Assembly: GCA_964511345.1 (NCBI GenBank)
Contig: CAZEEV010000004.1
Coordinates: 19,802 to 83,801 of the forward strand
Direction of reading: 5' to 3'
DNA: 64,000 nucleotides
DNA from: an uncultured Pseudomonadales bacterium
GTDB lineage: Bacteria; Patescibacteriota; Microgenomatia; UBA1400; PJMF01
A model generated the notes under the pieces. The model did no database searches and was not told the DNA's origin. It was given only the letters and a program-made list of their open reading frames with translations. The translations under genes and the position numbers were made by a program. This document shows positions 26,874 to 40,558 of the stretch, piece by piece; the first letter of the stretch is position 1, and each line of letters opens with the position of its first letter.

Positions 26874-27305
26874 TTGATTGTGAGAAACATCCTTATTCAA
26901 TTATTTAAGCAACGCACTTTGCGCAAGATTTTGGCTTCCTTGTTTTTTCTTTCTATTTCTTTGGCAATTTTAGTGGTTCCTTTAGAGATTGGTAAACCGG
27001 GAGCAAAAATCAACAATTTGGGAGATTCTATCTGGTGGGCAGTTTCAACGATTACTTCAGTTGGCTATGGTGATGTGGTGCCAATAACCTTTTCAGGTCG
27101 TGTTCTTGGTATGCTCTTACAAATAATTGGAGTAGTAATGACGAGCAGTGTAATTGGTAGTTTGGTGGTGCAATTACACCGCAAACGAGATAACTACGAA
27201 TGGGAAAAAATTTCTCAGAAATTAGACAAAATAAACGAAGATTTAGAAGAGACTAAAAAAAAGACTGATTTTATTATTTTGTGTAATGGAGAAAAGAAAA
27301 AGTAA
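26874..27305 (+). CDS. Two-TM potassium channel (KcsA-like pore, TVGYGD selectivity filter)
   Basis: WWAVSTITSVGYGDVVP pore helix and filter. 143 aa. It starts 4 nt after the ftsH stop. Confidence 0.7.
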   Translation: MIVRNILIQLFKQRTLRKILASLFFLSISLAILVVPLEIGKPGAKINNLGDSIWWAVSTITSVGYGDVVPITFSGRVLGMLLQIIGVVMTSSVIGSLVVQLHRKRDNYEWEKISQKLDKINEDLEETKKKTDFIILCNGEKKK

Positions 27306-27308
27306 TTT

Positions 27309-28238
27309 ATGTCTCGTAAAAAATTTCTTTTAGTTGATGCTCACGCCTTAATCTATCGTGCCTATTACGCTATTCCAAATTTGACTGATCCAGACGGCCA
27401 TTTAGTTAATGCAGTTTATGGTTTTAGTAAGATGGTGCTTAATGCCATTAGTTACTTTGAACCAGAATATGCTGCAGTTTGTTTTGACCATCCAAAGCCA
27501 ACCTTTCGTCATAAGAAATTTGATGGCTACAAAGCTCAAAGAGCTAAAATGCCAGATGATTTAATTCCGCAAATTCAGATTGTTAAAGATGTAGTAGAAG
27601 CACTGGGCATTCCTAAATTTGAGATTGAGGGTTTTGAAGCCGATGATTTAATTGGCACAGTTAACTGCATGGTTGAAGCAATGGATCGTCAATTATTAAC
27701 AGTAATAGTTACTGGTGACCAAGATGCCTTTCAATTAGTTGATAATGACACACACATTTGGATGCCAGCGCGTGGTAAACAAAAAGGTGATATTGAATAT
27801 GATAGCGTTTTGGTAGAAAAGAAACTTGGTATTACACCCAAGCAAGTGATCGATCTGAAGGCTCTAATGGGTGATAATTCTGACAATATTCCTGGTGTAA
27901 GAGGTATTGGTCCAAAAACGGCCGCCACTTTGATTCAGGAATTTGGTGCAATTGAAAAAATTTATGATTTTTTGGAAAAAAATCCAGAGGGGAATAAATT
28001 GATCAAAGGAGCTTTGCTATCAAAATTAATTGATGGTAAACAGTTAGCTTTTCTCAGTAAAGAATTAGCGACTATTGAGTGTGAAGCGCCGATCGATTTT
28101 AATCTCGAAAATTGTCGAGTGACCGCTTATGATAAAAATAGGGTAATTGAAATTTTTAAAACTTTAAATTTTAAATCTTTAATAAATGCTTTACCCAAAG
28201 ATGCTTTTGAAACTTCAGTTCAGGAGGCTTTATTTTAA
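27309..28238 (+). CDS. 5'-3' exonuclease (DNA polymerase I N-terminal / FEN-like nuclease), stand-alone
   Basis: KKFLLVDAHALIYRAYYA, GFEADDLIGT and a helix-hairpin-helix (GIGPKTA). Confidence 0.8.
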   Translation: MSRKKFLLVDAHALIYRAYYAIPNLTDPDGHLVNAVYGFSKMVLNAISYFEPEYAAVCFDHPKPTFRHKKFDGYKAQRAKMPDDLIPQIQIVKDVVEALGIPKFEIEGFEADDLIGTVNCMVEAMDRQLLTVIVTGDQDAFQLVDNDTHIWMPARGKQKGDIEYDSVLVEKKLGITPKQVIDLKALMGDNSDNIPGVRGIGPKTAATLIQEFGAIEKIYDFLEKNPEGNKLIKGALLSKLIDGKQLAFLSKELATIECEAPIDFNLENCRVTAYDKNRVIEIFKTLNFKSLINALPKDAFETSVQEALF

Positions 28239-28243
28239 TTATA

Positions 28244-29394
28244 TGGCAAAAAAATCTTTAAAAATCGCTCTTGTTCACGATTATCTTCGGGAATATGGTG
28301 GTGCAGAACGTGTTTTGGAAGCACTGCACGAAATGTTTCCACAAGCTCCAGTTTATACAGCTTTTGTCGATGAAAAAGCTATGGGTCAAAATTGGCAACG
28401 TTTCGTTGATTGGAACATTCGTCAAAGTAAACTTACTCAGTTGCCTCTATATAAAAAACTTTTTTCACCAATGCGTATTTTTGCCAAATGGGCTTTTGAA
28501 CAATTTGATTTAAGTGAATATGATCTGGTGATTAGCTCTTCCAACGCTTATTTTGCCAAGAGCGTCAAAGTGCCAAATGGTGTTCATTATTGTTATTGTC
28601 ATACTCCGCCGAGAGTTTTATATGGTTATAGCGCCAAAAGCAATTGGCAGGCAAATCCATTTACTCGTTTTGCTGGTAATTTGCTGAATCATTTCGTCAG
28701 ACAAATGGATTTTCAAGCAGGGCAAAATCCAGATTTTATGATTGCCAATTCCAATGAAACTGCCATGCGTATTCAGAAATTTTACAAAAGAAAAAGTGTG
28801 GTAATTAATCCACCAATCAAAATTTATGACAATGCTAAAACTTTTTTTGATCAATTAAATAAAAAAGAATTAACTGATTTTACCAAGCAAAAAAATAACT
28901 CTTATTATCTTTATGTTAATCGTTTGGCTTTAGCGAAACATCCAGAATTGGCGATTCAAGCGGCCAATCAATTAGGAATTAAACTAAAGGTAGTAGGTGA
29001 TGGAGCAATGTTGGAGACTTTGAAAAAAATGGCTCAGGCAAACATAGAATTTTTAGGAGCGGTTGATGACCAACAATTAACAGAGCTTTATAAAAATGCT
29101 CGTGCGCTTATTTATCCCGTGGAAGATGAAGACTTTGGTATGGTGCCGATTGAAGCCATGGCTTTTGGCACACCAGTAATTGCGCACTATTCTGGTGGTC
29201 CCAAAGAAACGATTAAAGAAAAAGAAACTGGTCTTTTTTTCCGAAACTTAACCGTAGAAAGTCTAGCTGAAGCGATTAAAAATTTCCAAGATAATTTTAT
29301 ACTCGATTCATTCAAAATACACGAAACCACCAACATCTATTCATACGCATCTTTTAAGAAAAAACTCAGATTTCTGTTCGGGATTAATTCTTGA
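28244..29394 (+). CDS. Glycosyltransferase family 4 (GT-B, group 1)
   Basis: KIALVHDYLREYGGAERV N-terminal domain and a C-terminal EDFGMVPIEAMAFGTPVIA motif. The ATG at 28244 is preferred. Confidence 0.75.
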
Positions 29395-30811
29395 TTAATT
29401 GTATTTTTGCCACTTCGTTAGTTGCCATAAAAACTTCTGTTTTTAACACAGCAGCATCAGTAGCAATTTGTTGCACTTGTTTATTACCACCCAATGATTC
29501 TTTATTTAAAGTGTAAGCACCCGGTTCTATATTTAGAAAAGTAATCGGTACCATTTCACTGTGCGAAGATTTAGCATCAAAATTAGCGATCACTAATTCT
29601 GTGGCTCCACTATCGTTTTTAGCCGCCAAAGCTTTGACCCAGGAACCTAGGCCAGTAATTTGTAAACGTTGGTCAGCAATGCTATCTAGCATTTTCAAAG
29701 CACGATAGCGTGGTTTGCTGTTAGCGCCAAAGTCATTGTGAGTGAACATACCCCAGCGTCCCCAATAGTTTTTACCTTCTGGATCTTTGCCGTCTTGGAT
29801 TTCAAAAGCAAAAGCTCTCTCCACACGATTGCTCATGGCAATTGCGCCAGCCACAGTGTGAGCTGCTCCATACTGAGAGTCGTAGCCAGCGTTATTATTA
29901 CTGTCATGCCCCCATTCAGTAATTTGAAATTCCAAGGTAGGTTCTAATTGTGGATAGGCTTGTACCCAGCTTTTTGCAGAAGCCATGTCTTCAGCAAATT
30001 GATCTAAGTTAGTACTATAGCGATGCCAGGAGAAAAAATCACAGCGCCATTTATTAGCAACACAAGCTTTAGCCCAGGCGTCAAACCAATTTTTGTAGAG
30101 TGCAGTAATGGCAGGCCCACCCAATTTAAATGGCAAAGCACCACGTGCATTTTTAGCACCAGCACTTGCATAACTATATAGAGTCAAATAATTTTTATCG
30201 CCGTAATATTTAAAGGAACCAAATAGATCTGGTTCATTCCATACCTCGTAATAAACATCGCGAATACCTTTGGTACCACTGACGTGCTCAATAGTTTTTT
30301 GTACAACCAATTGCCAATCGGCCCAATTAGTCGGGTAAGCCAAGATATCTCCGGAGGAAATGGCCGGCGGCATATAACTTAAGGCAATGTAAGGTTTGGC
30401 TCCAGTTTTAACAATGTCATCAATAATTAAATCAAACTTGGTCCAATCAAAAGTAATGTTTCCTGGGTTACCCTGGACAATGTCATAAAAATCATAAATA
30501 TGATCCAAACGAATATATTCCGGTTTAAGAGCGGCAATTTGTCCGGTTAATTGATCAATGCGCCAACTATGATCTTCACCACCTTGGGCTAAGTTGCGCC
30601 ATGGTCTAGGCATTGGTCCTAAAATGGCAGTTGTGTCAACAATTAAGTTAGCTGGCACACCGCTGGCTTGACCAAAAAACTCTCTTACGACTTTAATTTG
30701 CCAAGCTCCAGCCATAATACCTACAACTAAAAATAGGACAATTAAAAAAGAAAAGGAAGTTTTTCTTCTTTTTTGAAGTCTGGGGTTAATAGGGTATTTT
30801 TGCATATTCAA
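29384..30811 (-). CDS. Membrane-anchored glycoside hydrolase, clan GH-A (GH5/GH39-like TIM barrel)
   Basis: N-terminal TM anchor. The VWNEPDL acid/base motif and ITEWG nucleophile motif are typical of clan GH-A (8-fold beta/alpha barrel) hydrolases. Confidence 0.5.
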   Translation of the reverse strand: MNMQKYPINPRLQKRRKTSFSFLIVLFLVVGIMAGAWQIKVVREFFGQASGVPANLIVDTTAILGPMPRPWRNLAQGGEDHSWRIDQLTGQIAALKPEYIRLDHIYDFYDIVQGNPGNITFDWTKFDLIIDDIVKTGAKPYIALSYMPPAISSGDILAYPTNWADWQLVVQKTIEHVSGTKGIRDVYYEVWNEPDLFGSFKYYGDKNYLTLYSYASAGAKNARGALPFKLGGPAITALYKNWFDAWAKACVANKWRCDFFSWHRYSTNLDQFAEDMASAKSWVQAYPQLEPTLEFQITEWGHDSNNNAGYDSQYGAAHTVAGAIAMSNRVERAFAFEIQDGKDPEGKNYWGRWGMFTHNDFGANSKPRYRALKMLDSIADQRLQITGLGSWVKALAAKNDSGATELVIANFDAKSSHSEMVPITFLNIEPGAYTLNKESLGGNKQVQQIATDAAVLKTEVFMATNEVAKIQLIKN

Positions 30812-30851
30812 TTTAATACTAGCAAAAAACCAGGGGGTTGTCTTATCGACT

Positions 30852-31721
30852 TTGTCTATTTATAATGCTCATCGTATGAGCGATCAAGCATTACATGTTT
30901 CGATATCCGCTGAACCAATCTTCCGCATTTTTGGACTAGAAATTAGTAATTCAATTTTTACCAGTCTAGTTGTGAGCTTTTTACTGATTAGTTTTGCGAT
31001 TTTTTTCAAAAAATATAAGTTTAAGGAAACTGACAAGCCGAGTTCTCTACAAAATGTTGTCGAAATGATTGTTGATGCTTTGTACAATTTTGTTTATTCG
31101 ATCACCGAGAATACTAAGAAAACTGTTTTATTCTTTCCCATTATTGCCACTTTCTTTCTTTTTATCATCTTAAATAACTACGTAGGTTTATTGCCTGGAG
31201 TTGGCTCGATTTTGACCCATGAGGCAAACACTACTTCCATGATGCCAGCGCCAGCGATGGCCAGCGAAGAGGTGGCAGTTGCAGAAGCACCTTTGCACGC
31301 AGCGATGGTGCCTTTATTTAGAGCCGCTACTGCAGATCTAAATACCACTTTAGCTTTGGCAATTATTTCGGTTACTCTGACTCAAATTTTTGGTATTTCC
31401 CATCTTGGCTTATCTTATTTCAAAAAGTTTTTGGATTTTTCTAGTCCCATCAATTTTATTGTGGGTATTTTAGAGACAGTTTTGGAATTTGCCAAAATTA
31501 TTTCTTTTGCCTTCAGATTATTTGGTAATATTTTTGCTGGCGAAGTTTTGTTGGTAGTAATGACTTATCTAATTTCAGTCGTCGTACCAGCGCCATTTTA
31601 TGCACTTGAGCTTTTCGTCGGTTTCATCCAAGCTTTAGTGTTCTCAATGCTATCTTTGATTTTCTTTAATTTGGCGACCAGAGGCCATCATGAGGAAAGT
31701 CATGAGGTAGCCACTAATTAA
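30852..31721 (+). CDS. atpB: F-type ATP synthase subunit a
   Basis: RLFGNIFAGE with the conserved Arg. Polytopic. Confidence 0.85.
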   Translation: MSIYNAHRMSDQALHVSISAEPIFRIFGLEISNSIFTSLVVSFLLISFAIFFKKYKFKETDKPSSLQNVVEMIVDALYNFVYSITENTKKTVLFFPIIATFFLFIILNNYVGLLPGVGSILTHEANTTSMMPAPAMASEEVAVAEAPLHAAMVPLFRAATADLNTTLALAIISVTLTQIFGISHLGLSYFKKFLDFSSPINFIVGILETVLEFAKIISFAFRLFGNIFAGEVLLVVMTYLISVVVPAPFYALELFVGFIQALVFSMLSLIFFNLATRGHHEESHEVATN

Positions 31722-31752
31722 GTAATTAAGTAGTAATTAAATTAACAAATAA

Positions 31753-31977
<225 letters not shown>

Positions 31978-32002
31978 TGCTATTTAGCAAAGGAGTTAAC
32001 CT

Positions 32003-32488
32003 ATGGATATACAATTAGCACAAATCATTTTTCAAATTATTAACTTTGGTTTAGTTGTATTTGTTTTGACTCGTTTTATTTATAAGCCAGTGCTGAAGTT
32101 GCTCAATGAGCGCAAAGCGAAAGTGGCAGAAGCCGCCAAAGCTTCTAATGAAATTTTGCGAGAAAAAGAAGATTTAGAAAAAGTTAAAGCCGATGTTTTA
32201 CTCAAAGCCAATCAAAATGCTAAGAAGATAGAAACTGAAATTAAGAATGAGGCACAAAAATCAGCCAAAGCATTGATTGAAAAAAATAACAAGGATTTAT
32301 CTATTAGAGAAGCAAAATTTTCAGCTGAATTAGCTAAGTTGAAAAAAGAAAAACTCCAGTCAATGGATAAAGAACTAAAACAAGCCGTGATCGTCATGGC
32401 AGAAAAAGTTTTAGGAGAGTCAATTGATGCTAAAAAGCATCAAAAACTCATTGATAGCCAAATTGATGAAATTATTGAAAGTTTGTAA
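32003..32488 (+). CDS. atpF: F-type ATP synthase subunit b
   Basis: N-terminal TM helix followed by a long charged helix. Confidence 0.75.
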   Translation: MDIQLAQIIFQIINFGLVVFVLTRFIYKPVLKLLNERKAKVAEAAKASNEILREKEDLEKVKADVLLKANQNAKKIETEIKNEAQKSAKALIEKNNKDLSIREAKFSAELAKLKKEKLQSMDKELKQAVIVMAEKVLGESIDAKKHQKLIDSQIDEIIESL

Positions 32489-32490
32489 AT

Positions 32491-32706
32491 ATGTTGCAAA
32501 TCAATGTTACTAGCGCAGTTGCTCTTAGTGTTCAACAAAAAAGTAAATTAGAGCAAGCTTTGCAGAAAAAATATGCTAAGGAAGAATTAGTTTTTGATTA
32601 TCAGGTCAAAACAGAGTTGATTGCTGGTCTCAGCGTAAGTGTGGCCGGTAAATTGCATGACGCTAGTCTCAAAGCTCGCCTTAACCAATTAGCTAGCAAA
32701 ATTTAA
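32491..32706 (+). CDS. atpH: F-type ATP synthase subunit delta, C-terminal domain only (71 aa)
   Basis: Aligns along its length to the C-terminal ~70 residues of bacterial delta/OSCP ([18 protein letters not shown]...[26 protein letters not shown]). There is no coding room for the N-terminal six-helix domain between atpF and atpA. Confidence 0.6.
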   Translation: MLQINVTSAVALSVQQKSKLEQALQKKYAKEELVFDYQVKTELIAGLSVSVAGKLHDASLKARLNQLASKI

Positions 32707-32707
32707 T

Positions 32708-34225
32708 ATGTCAAAATCAGATTTATTTGCCAATTTAAAATCAATTAAAAATACAGATTTAGGAATTAAAGCTGTCTCTATTGGTAAAGTTATTTCTTAT
32801 GCTGATGGGATTGTTTTTGCGGATGAATTAAATGATGTGCAAGCTGGAGAGTTAGTGACTTTTGGCAGCGATGCTTTTGGTTTAGCTCTTAATTTAGAAA
32901 AAGATAGAGTAGGTATCATTGTTTTGTCTGGTACTGAGAAAATTAAAACTGGTGATTTGGTCTATCGCACTAATCAAATTTTATCAATTGATGTCTCGGA
33001 TGAGATTATTGGCAGAGTAGTTAATCCTCTTGGTCAATCTGAAGATGGTAAAGCTGCTATCAAAAAAGACAAGTCAATGTTGTTAGAGAAAATTGCCCCA
33101 GGAGTTATTGTTCGTGAGGGAGTTAATCAGCCTCTTCAGACTGGCATTAAGGCTATAGACGCTTTGATTCCGATTGGTCGTGGACAGAGAGAATTAATTA
33201 TTGGTGATCGTAACACTGGTAAATCATCGATTGCTTTAGCGACAATTTTAAATCAAAAAGATCAAAATGTAGTTTGTATTTATGTGGCAATTGGTCAGAA
33301 GAAATCAACTCTAGCTCAGTTTGTGCAAGTATTAGATGACAAAGGAGCTTTGGACTACACTACAGTAGTTGCTGCTTCTGCCAGTGAACCAGCTTCTTTG
33401 CAATTTTTAGCTCCTTATGCTGGTCAAGCCGTTGCTGAATACTTTTTGGACAAAGGCAAAGATGTTTTAGTGATTTTTGATGATCTAAGTAAACATGCTC
33501 AGGCCTATCGTGAGATTTCTTTATTATTGAAGCGTCCGTCAGGACGCGAAGCTTATCCTGGAGATGTTTTTTATTTACACTCTCGTTTATTGGAGAGAGC
33601 TTGCAAGTTAAATAAAGAAAATGGCGGTGGCTCGATCACTGCTTTGCCAATTATTGAAACTCAAGCCAATGATGTTTCTGCCTACATTCCTACCAATGTC
33701 ATTTCGATTACTGATGGTCAGATTTATTTGGAAACAGATTTGTTTAACTCTGGCATGAGACCAGCTATTAACATTGGTTTGTCAGTTTCTCGTGTTGGTT
33801 CAGCTGCTCAGCTCAAAGCTATGAAACAGGTAGCCGGTAGTTTAAAGTTAGACTTGGCGCAATTCAGAGAACTAGAAGCTTTTGCCCAATTTAGTTCTGA
33901 TCTCGATAGTGCGACTAAAAAACAATTAGATCGAGGTAAAAGAGTCAGTGAAATTCTTAAACAGCCATGGGACTTGCAAATGTCAGTCGCTGAGCAGGTT
34001 TTAATTATTTATGCTGCAGTCAATGGTTTGCTTGATGGAATTGAAGTAGCTGATTTGGTGGAATGGGAAACTGAATATTTGAATTTTGCCAAAAATAAAC
34101 AGCCTGCTTTAGTGAAAACTCTTTTGACTGGAGCAAAAATAGAAGGTCCTCAAGATGAAGCTTTAAGAAAATTGGCTAAAGATTTTGAAATAGCTCATCC
34201 TCGTTTTTATAAGAAGGAAGCCTGA
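32708..34225 (+). CDS. atpA: F-type ATP synthase subunit alpha
   Basis: [12 protein letters not shown]-loop and conserved alpha-subunit core. Confidence 0.95.
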   Translation: MSKSDLFANLKSIKNTDLGIKAVSIGKVISYADGIVFADELNDVQAGELVTFGSDAFGLALNLEKDRVGIIVLSGTEKIKTGDLVYRTNQILSIDVSDEIIGRVVNPLGQSEDGKAAIKKDKSMLLEKIAPGVIVREGVNQPLQTGIKAIDALIPIGRGQRELIIGDRNTGKSSIALATILNQKDQNVVCIYVAIGQKKSTLAQFVQVLDDKGALDYTTVVAASASEPASLQFLAPYAGQAVAEYFLDKGKDVLVIFDDLSKHAQAYREISLLLKRPSGREAYPGDVFYLHSRLLERACKLNKENGGGSITALPIIETQANDVSAYIPTNVISITDGQIYLETDLFNSGMRPAINIGLSVSRVGSAAQLKAMKQVAGSLKLDLAQFRELEAFAQFSSDLDSATKKQLDRGKRVSEILKQPWDLQMSVAEQVLIIYAAVNGLLDGIEVADLVEWETEYLNFAKNKQPALVKTLLTGAKIEGPQDEALRKLAKDFEIAHPRFYKKEA

Positions 34226-34229
34226 GTTT

Positions 34230-36955
<2,726 letters not shown>

Positions 36956-36968
36956 ATCAATTTTCCAA

Positions 36969-37003
36969 TTGACAGTTTAGCAAACTCTAGCTATGATTGC
37001 TAA
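36969..37003 (+). promoter_or_regulatory. Sigma70-type promoter (TTGACA-17-TATGAT) overlapped by a CIRCE-like HrcA operator (TTAGCA-N15-TGCTAA at 36977..37003) upstream of hrcA
   Basis: ttgacagtttagcaaactctagctatgattgctaa. The inverted-repeat arms and 15-nt spacing match CIRCE. Confidence 0.6.
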
Positions 37004-37027
37004 TAGCTTATCAAGGAGTTTAAACCT

Positions 37028-37744
37028 ATGATCGATTTAGTTGCCCGCCAAATCCAAATTTTACGCGCTATTATCGAGGAATTTATCGAAACTGGCATGC
37101 CAGTGGGCTCTGAAACAATTGATAAAAAATATAACATTGGTGTTTCTCCAGCTACCATTCGCAATGAAATGGTTTATTTGACTAAGCAAGGATATTTAAT
37201 CAAGTCTCACATTAGTGCTGGTCGCGTGCCAACTGCTTTAGCCATGCGTTTGTACATCAATGAACTGGTGAAGGAAAAAGAACTTTCAGTGGCTGATGAA
37301 GTTAGCGTTAAAGAAAAAATCTGGCGCTATCGTGACAAAATGGAGGATTTACTTTATGAAACCTCTAGAGTTTTAGCTGATAAGTCTCATGCTTTGGGAA
37401 TTGCTATGACTCCTGATGGAAAACTTTACCATTCTGGTTATTCTAATCTTTTACAAATGCCAGAATTCTATGATATTAATTTGACCAGACAAGTTTTGCA
37501 AATGATTGAAGAAGAACAAGTCATGGATCAGATTTTTGAAAGTAGTCATAGTGAGAACGCAGTTAAAGTTGTTTTTGGTCAAGATTTAGGTAATCGAGAC
37601 TTAGATCAAATCAGTATTATGTTTGTTGAATTGCCCAATAACAATTGTCGCTTTGGTGTTTTGGGCTCAACTAGGTTTGACTATTCTTATGTTTTACCAA
37701 TCATGAAGTATTTTAAGGGTCTGATAGAGAGCATGGTGGATTAA
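37028..37744 (+). CDS. hrcA: Heat-inducible transcription repressor HrcA (short form, 238 aa)
   Basis: N-terminal winged-helix with PVGSETI ... SPATIRNEM ... SAGRVPT signature. It lies upstream of grpE-dnaK-dnaJ. Confidence 0.75.
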   Translation: MIDLVARQIQILRAIIEEFIETGMPVGSETIDKKYNIGVSPATIRNEMVYLTKQGYLIKSHISAGRVPTALAMRLYINELVKEKELSVADEVSVKEKIWRYRDKMEDLLYETSRVLADKSHALGIAMTPDGKLYHSGYSNLLQMPEFYDINLTRQVLQMIEEEQVMDQIFESSHSENAVKVVFGQDLGNRDLDQISIMFVELPNNNCRFGVLGSTRFDYSYVLPIMKYFKGLIESMVD

Positions 37745-37953
37745 GTTTTTTATAATTTGCACTTTAAACAAGTCACGCTTCACTAAAACTTTTGCTTTAG
37801 TTTAGTTGACAATCTTCGTTTCGCTCAGTGAGCTCACTGTTTATATACATAAACTTTTTTTATGTTTGTTGATCAGTTCGCTCAATGGACTTTTATTAAA
37901 GCGCAAATTATAAAAAACTTAATATTAGACATGAATTAGAAATTATGTAAAAG

Positions 37954-38442
37954 ATGAAAATTAATATGAAAAATAAACAAAATCAACAAGATATTACTCA
38001 AAACCAGTCTGAAGAAGTAATCAGTGAAGAGCAAAGAAAGATCAGCGATTTGCAATTGCTACTAGGTGCGTCTTTGGAGAGAGAAAAACGGGCTTTAGCT
38101 GATTATCAAAATCTACAACGCCGCAGTCAAGAAGAACGTATGGCTTTTATCAAAATGGCCAATAAAGACTTCTGTCAGGCGCTGTTACAACCCCTAGAAC
38201 ATCTTTCGATGGCAGCGGCAAATATTAATAATCAAGGTTTGGATATGGTCATTGAACAGTTTTGGAAAGAACTAAAAGAATTTGGTTTAGAAGAATTGGA
38301 GGTTTTGGATCAGAAGTTTGATGTAAACCTGATGGAGGTGGTGGATAAAAAAGGTGAGGGTGAGCGAGTAGTAGAAGTAGTGCGTAAAGGCTACAAATTA
38401 AATGGTGAAGTAATCCAGCACGCGCAAGTGATTTTAGCTTAA
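37954..38442 (+). CDS. grpE: Nucleotide exchange factor GrpE
   Basis: LADYQNLQRRSQEE coiled-coil and a C-terminal beta domain. Confidence 0.8.
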   Translation: MKINMKNKQNQQDITQNQSEEVISEEQRKISDLQLLLGASLEREKRALADYQNLQRRSQEERMAFIKMANKDFCQALLQPLEHLSMAAANINNQGLDMVIEQFWKELKEFGLEELEVLDQKFDVNLMEVVDKKGEGERVVEVVRKGYKLNGEVIQHAQVILA

Positions 38443-38561
38443 AATTGCTACTAGCAGTCGTTAGCGCTGTCTGCTAAAATAGTCGCATAATTAATCAAAA
38501 AGGGCAAGGTTTTTTGCCCAAAAATATTAAAAAATAAATAAAAGAATAGAAAAGGAAAACT

Positions 38562-40493
38562 ATGTCAAAAATCATTGGAATTGATTTAGGAACTACTAAC
38601 TCTGCGATTGCAGTGATGCAGGGTGGCAGCTCGGTTATTATTCCTACAAGCGAGGGTCGCAACACTTTTCCTTCAATTGTTGGTTTTAAAAATAGCGATG
38701 TGATCGTCGGTGATCCAGCCAAACGTCAAATGGTTTTAAATGCCAAAAAGACTGTTAATTCTGTCAAAAGATTTATGGGTCGTAAGCTTAATGATGATGC
38801 TGTTAAACAAGCTATTAAACACGTTTCTTACGAAGTGGTTGAAGGTAAAGATGGCATGGCTGTGGTTAATATTGATGGTAAAAAATATACTCCACAAGAA
38901 ATTTCTGCCAAAATTTTGGCCAAAGCTAAGGCCGATGCTGAGAGTTTCTTGGGTGAAAAAGTCGATCGTGCCGTCATCACTGTGCCAGCTTATTTTAATG
39001 ATGCTCAACGCCAGGCGACTAAGCAAGCTGGTGAGATTGCTGGTTTAAAAGTAGAAAGAATTGTTAACGAGCCAACTGCTGCCGCTTTGGCTTATGGTTT
39101 AGATAAAAAAGGCTCTCAAACCATTGCGGTTTATGATCTTGGTGGTGGTACTTTTGATATTTCTATTTTGGAAATTGGCGATGGTGTTTTTGAAGTTAAA
39201 TCCACCAATGGCGATACTTTCTTAGGTGGTGATGATTTTGACAGTGTTATTATTGAATGGATTGTCAGTGAATTTAAGAAAGATCAAGGCAAAGATTTAA
39301 ACAAAGATCCTCAGGCCATGCAACGTATTAAAGATGCTGCTGAAAAAGCTAAGATTGAATTGTCTGCCAGTGCCAGCACCGAGATCAATCAACCTTTTAT
39401 TACTCAAGGTGATGATGGACAACCTTTGCATTTAACCTTGACTCTAACTAGAGCAAAATTGGAAGAATTGGTTGATGATTTGATTAAAAAATCTATTGAA
39501 CCAGTCAAAAAAGCTCTCAGTGATGCTAAATTAACAACCAAAGATATCGATGAAGTAGTTTTGGTGGGTGGTATGACCAGAATGCCAAAAGTACAAAAAG
39601 TGGTTGAAGAATTTTTTGGCAAAGAACCTCACAAAGGTGTTAATCCAGATGAAGTAGTGGCCATTGGCGCTGCTGTTCAGGCAGGTGTTATTTCTGGAGA
39701 TGTTAACGATGTAGTGTTGTTAGATGTCACACCTTTAACTTTGGGTATTGAAACCTTAGGCGGAATTCGTACTCCTTTAATTGACAGAAATACCACAATC
39801 CCAACCAGCAAATCTCAAGTTTTTTCTACCGCAGCTGATAATCAAACTCAGGTAGAAATCAACGTTTTGCAAGGTGAACGTGAAATGGCAGTCGACAATA
39901 AGAGTTTAGGTCGTTTTATTCTTGATGGCATTCCCGCTGCTATGCGTGGCGTACCTCAAATTGAAGTTACTTTCGACATTGATAGTAATGGTATTTTAAA
40001 TGTGACTGCTAAAGATAAAACTTCAGGTAAAGAACAAAAAATTACAATTGCTAATAGCACTAATTTATCTGAAGAAGAAGTCGAAAAAATGAAGGCTGAA
40101 GCAGAGAAATTTGCTGAAGCTGATAAAGCCAAAAAAGAGTTAATTGAAAGCAAAAATAAAGCTAACAGCATTGTTTTTGAAATGGAAAAACAGCTCAAAG
40201 AATATGGGGACAAATTAGAATCAGCTGACAGGGAAAAGATCGAAGAAGATCTGAAGAAACTCAAAGAAATGGCTGAAAAAGAAGATGTTAGTAAAGAGGA
40301 TTTAGATAAAGCGATTGAAGCAACTCTTACCTCCAGTCAAAAAATTGGCGAAGCTATGCAAAAAGCACAAGCTGCTAAAGCTCAAGCTGATGCTAAAACT
40401 AGTGATACTAAAAATGAAGATAAAAAAGACGATAAAAATACTGCTGAAGCTGACAAAAAAGATGCAGAAGAAGGCGAAGTAGTTAAGGAATAA
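38562..40493 (+). CDS. dnaK: Chaperone DnaK (Hsp70)
   Basis: [18 protein letters not shown]. 643 aa with an acidic/lysine-rich C-terminal tail. Confidence 0.95.
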   Translation: MSKIIGIDLGTTNSAIAVMQGGSSVIIPTSEGRNTFPSIVGFKNSDVIVGDPAKRQMVLNAKKTVNSVKRFMGRKLNDDAVKQAIKHVSYEVVEGKDGMAVVNIDGKKYTPQEISAKILAKAKADAESFLGEKVDRAVITVPAYFNDAQRQATKQAGEIAGLKVERIVNEPTAAALAYGLDKKGSQTIAVYDLGGGTFDISILEIGDGVFEVKSTNGDTFLGGDDFDSVIIEWIVSEFKKDQGKDLNKDPQAMQRIKDAAEKAKIELSASASTEINQPFITQGDDGQPLHLTLTLTRAKLEELVDDLIKKSIEPVKKALSDAKLTTKDIDEVVLVGGMTRMPKVQKVVEEFFGKEPHKGVNPDEVVAIGAAVQAGVISGDVNDVVLLDVTPLTLGIETLGGIRTPLIDRNTTIPTSKSQVFSTAADNQTQVEINVLQGEREMAVDNKSLGRFILDGIPAAMRGVPQIEVTFDIDSNGILNVTAKDKTSGKEQKITIANSTNLSEEEVEKMKAEAEKFAEADKAKKELIESKNKANSIVFEMEKQLKEYGDKLESADREKIEEDLKKLKEMAEKEDVSKEDLDKAIEATLTSSQKIGEAMQKAQAAKAQADAKTSDTKNEDKKDDKNTAEADKKDAEEGEVVKE

Positions 40494-40558
40494 AATTAGA
40501 AGTTAATGAGGCGCTGGCCGCGGCCAGCGCCTCTTATGTTAATTAAATAATTTAAATT

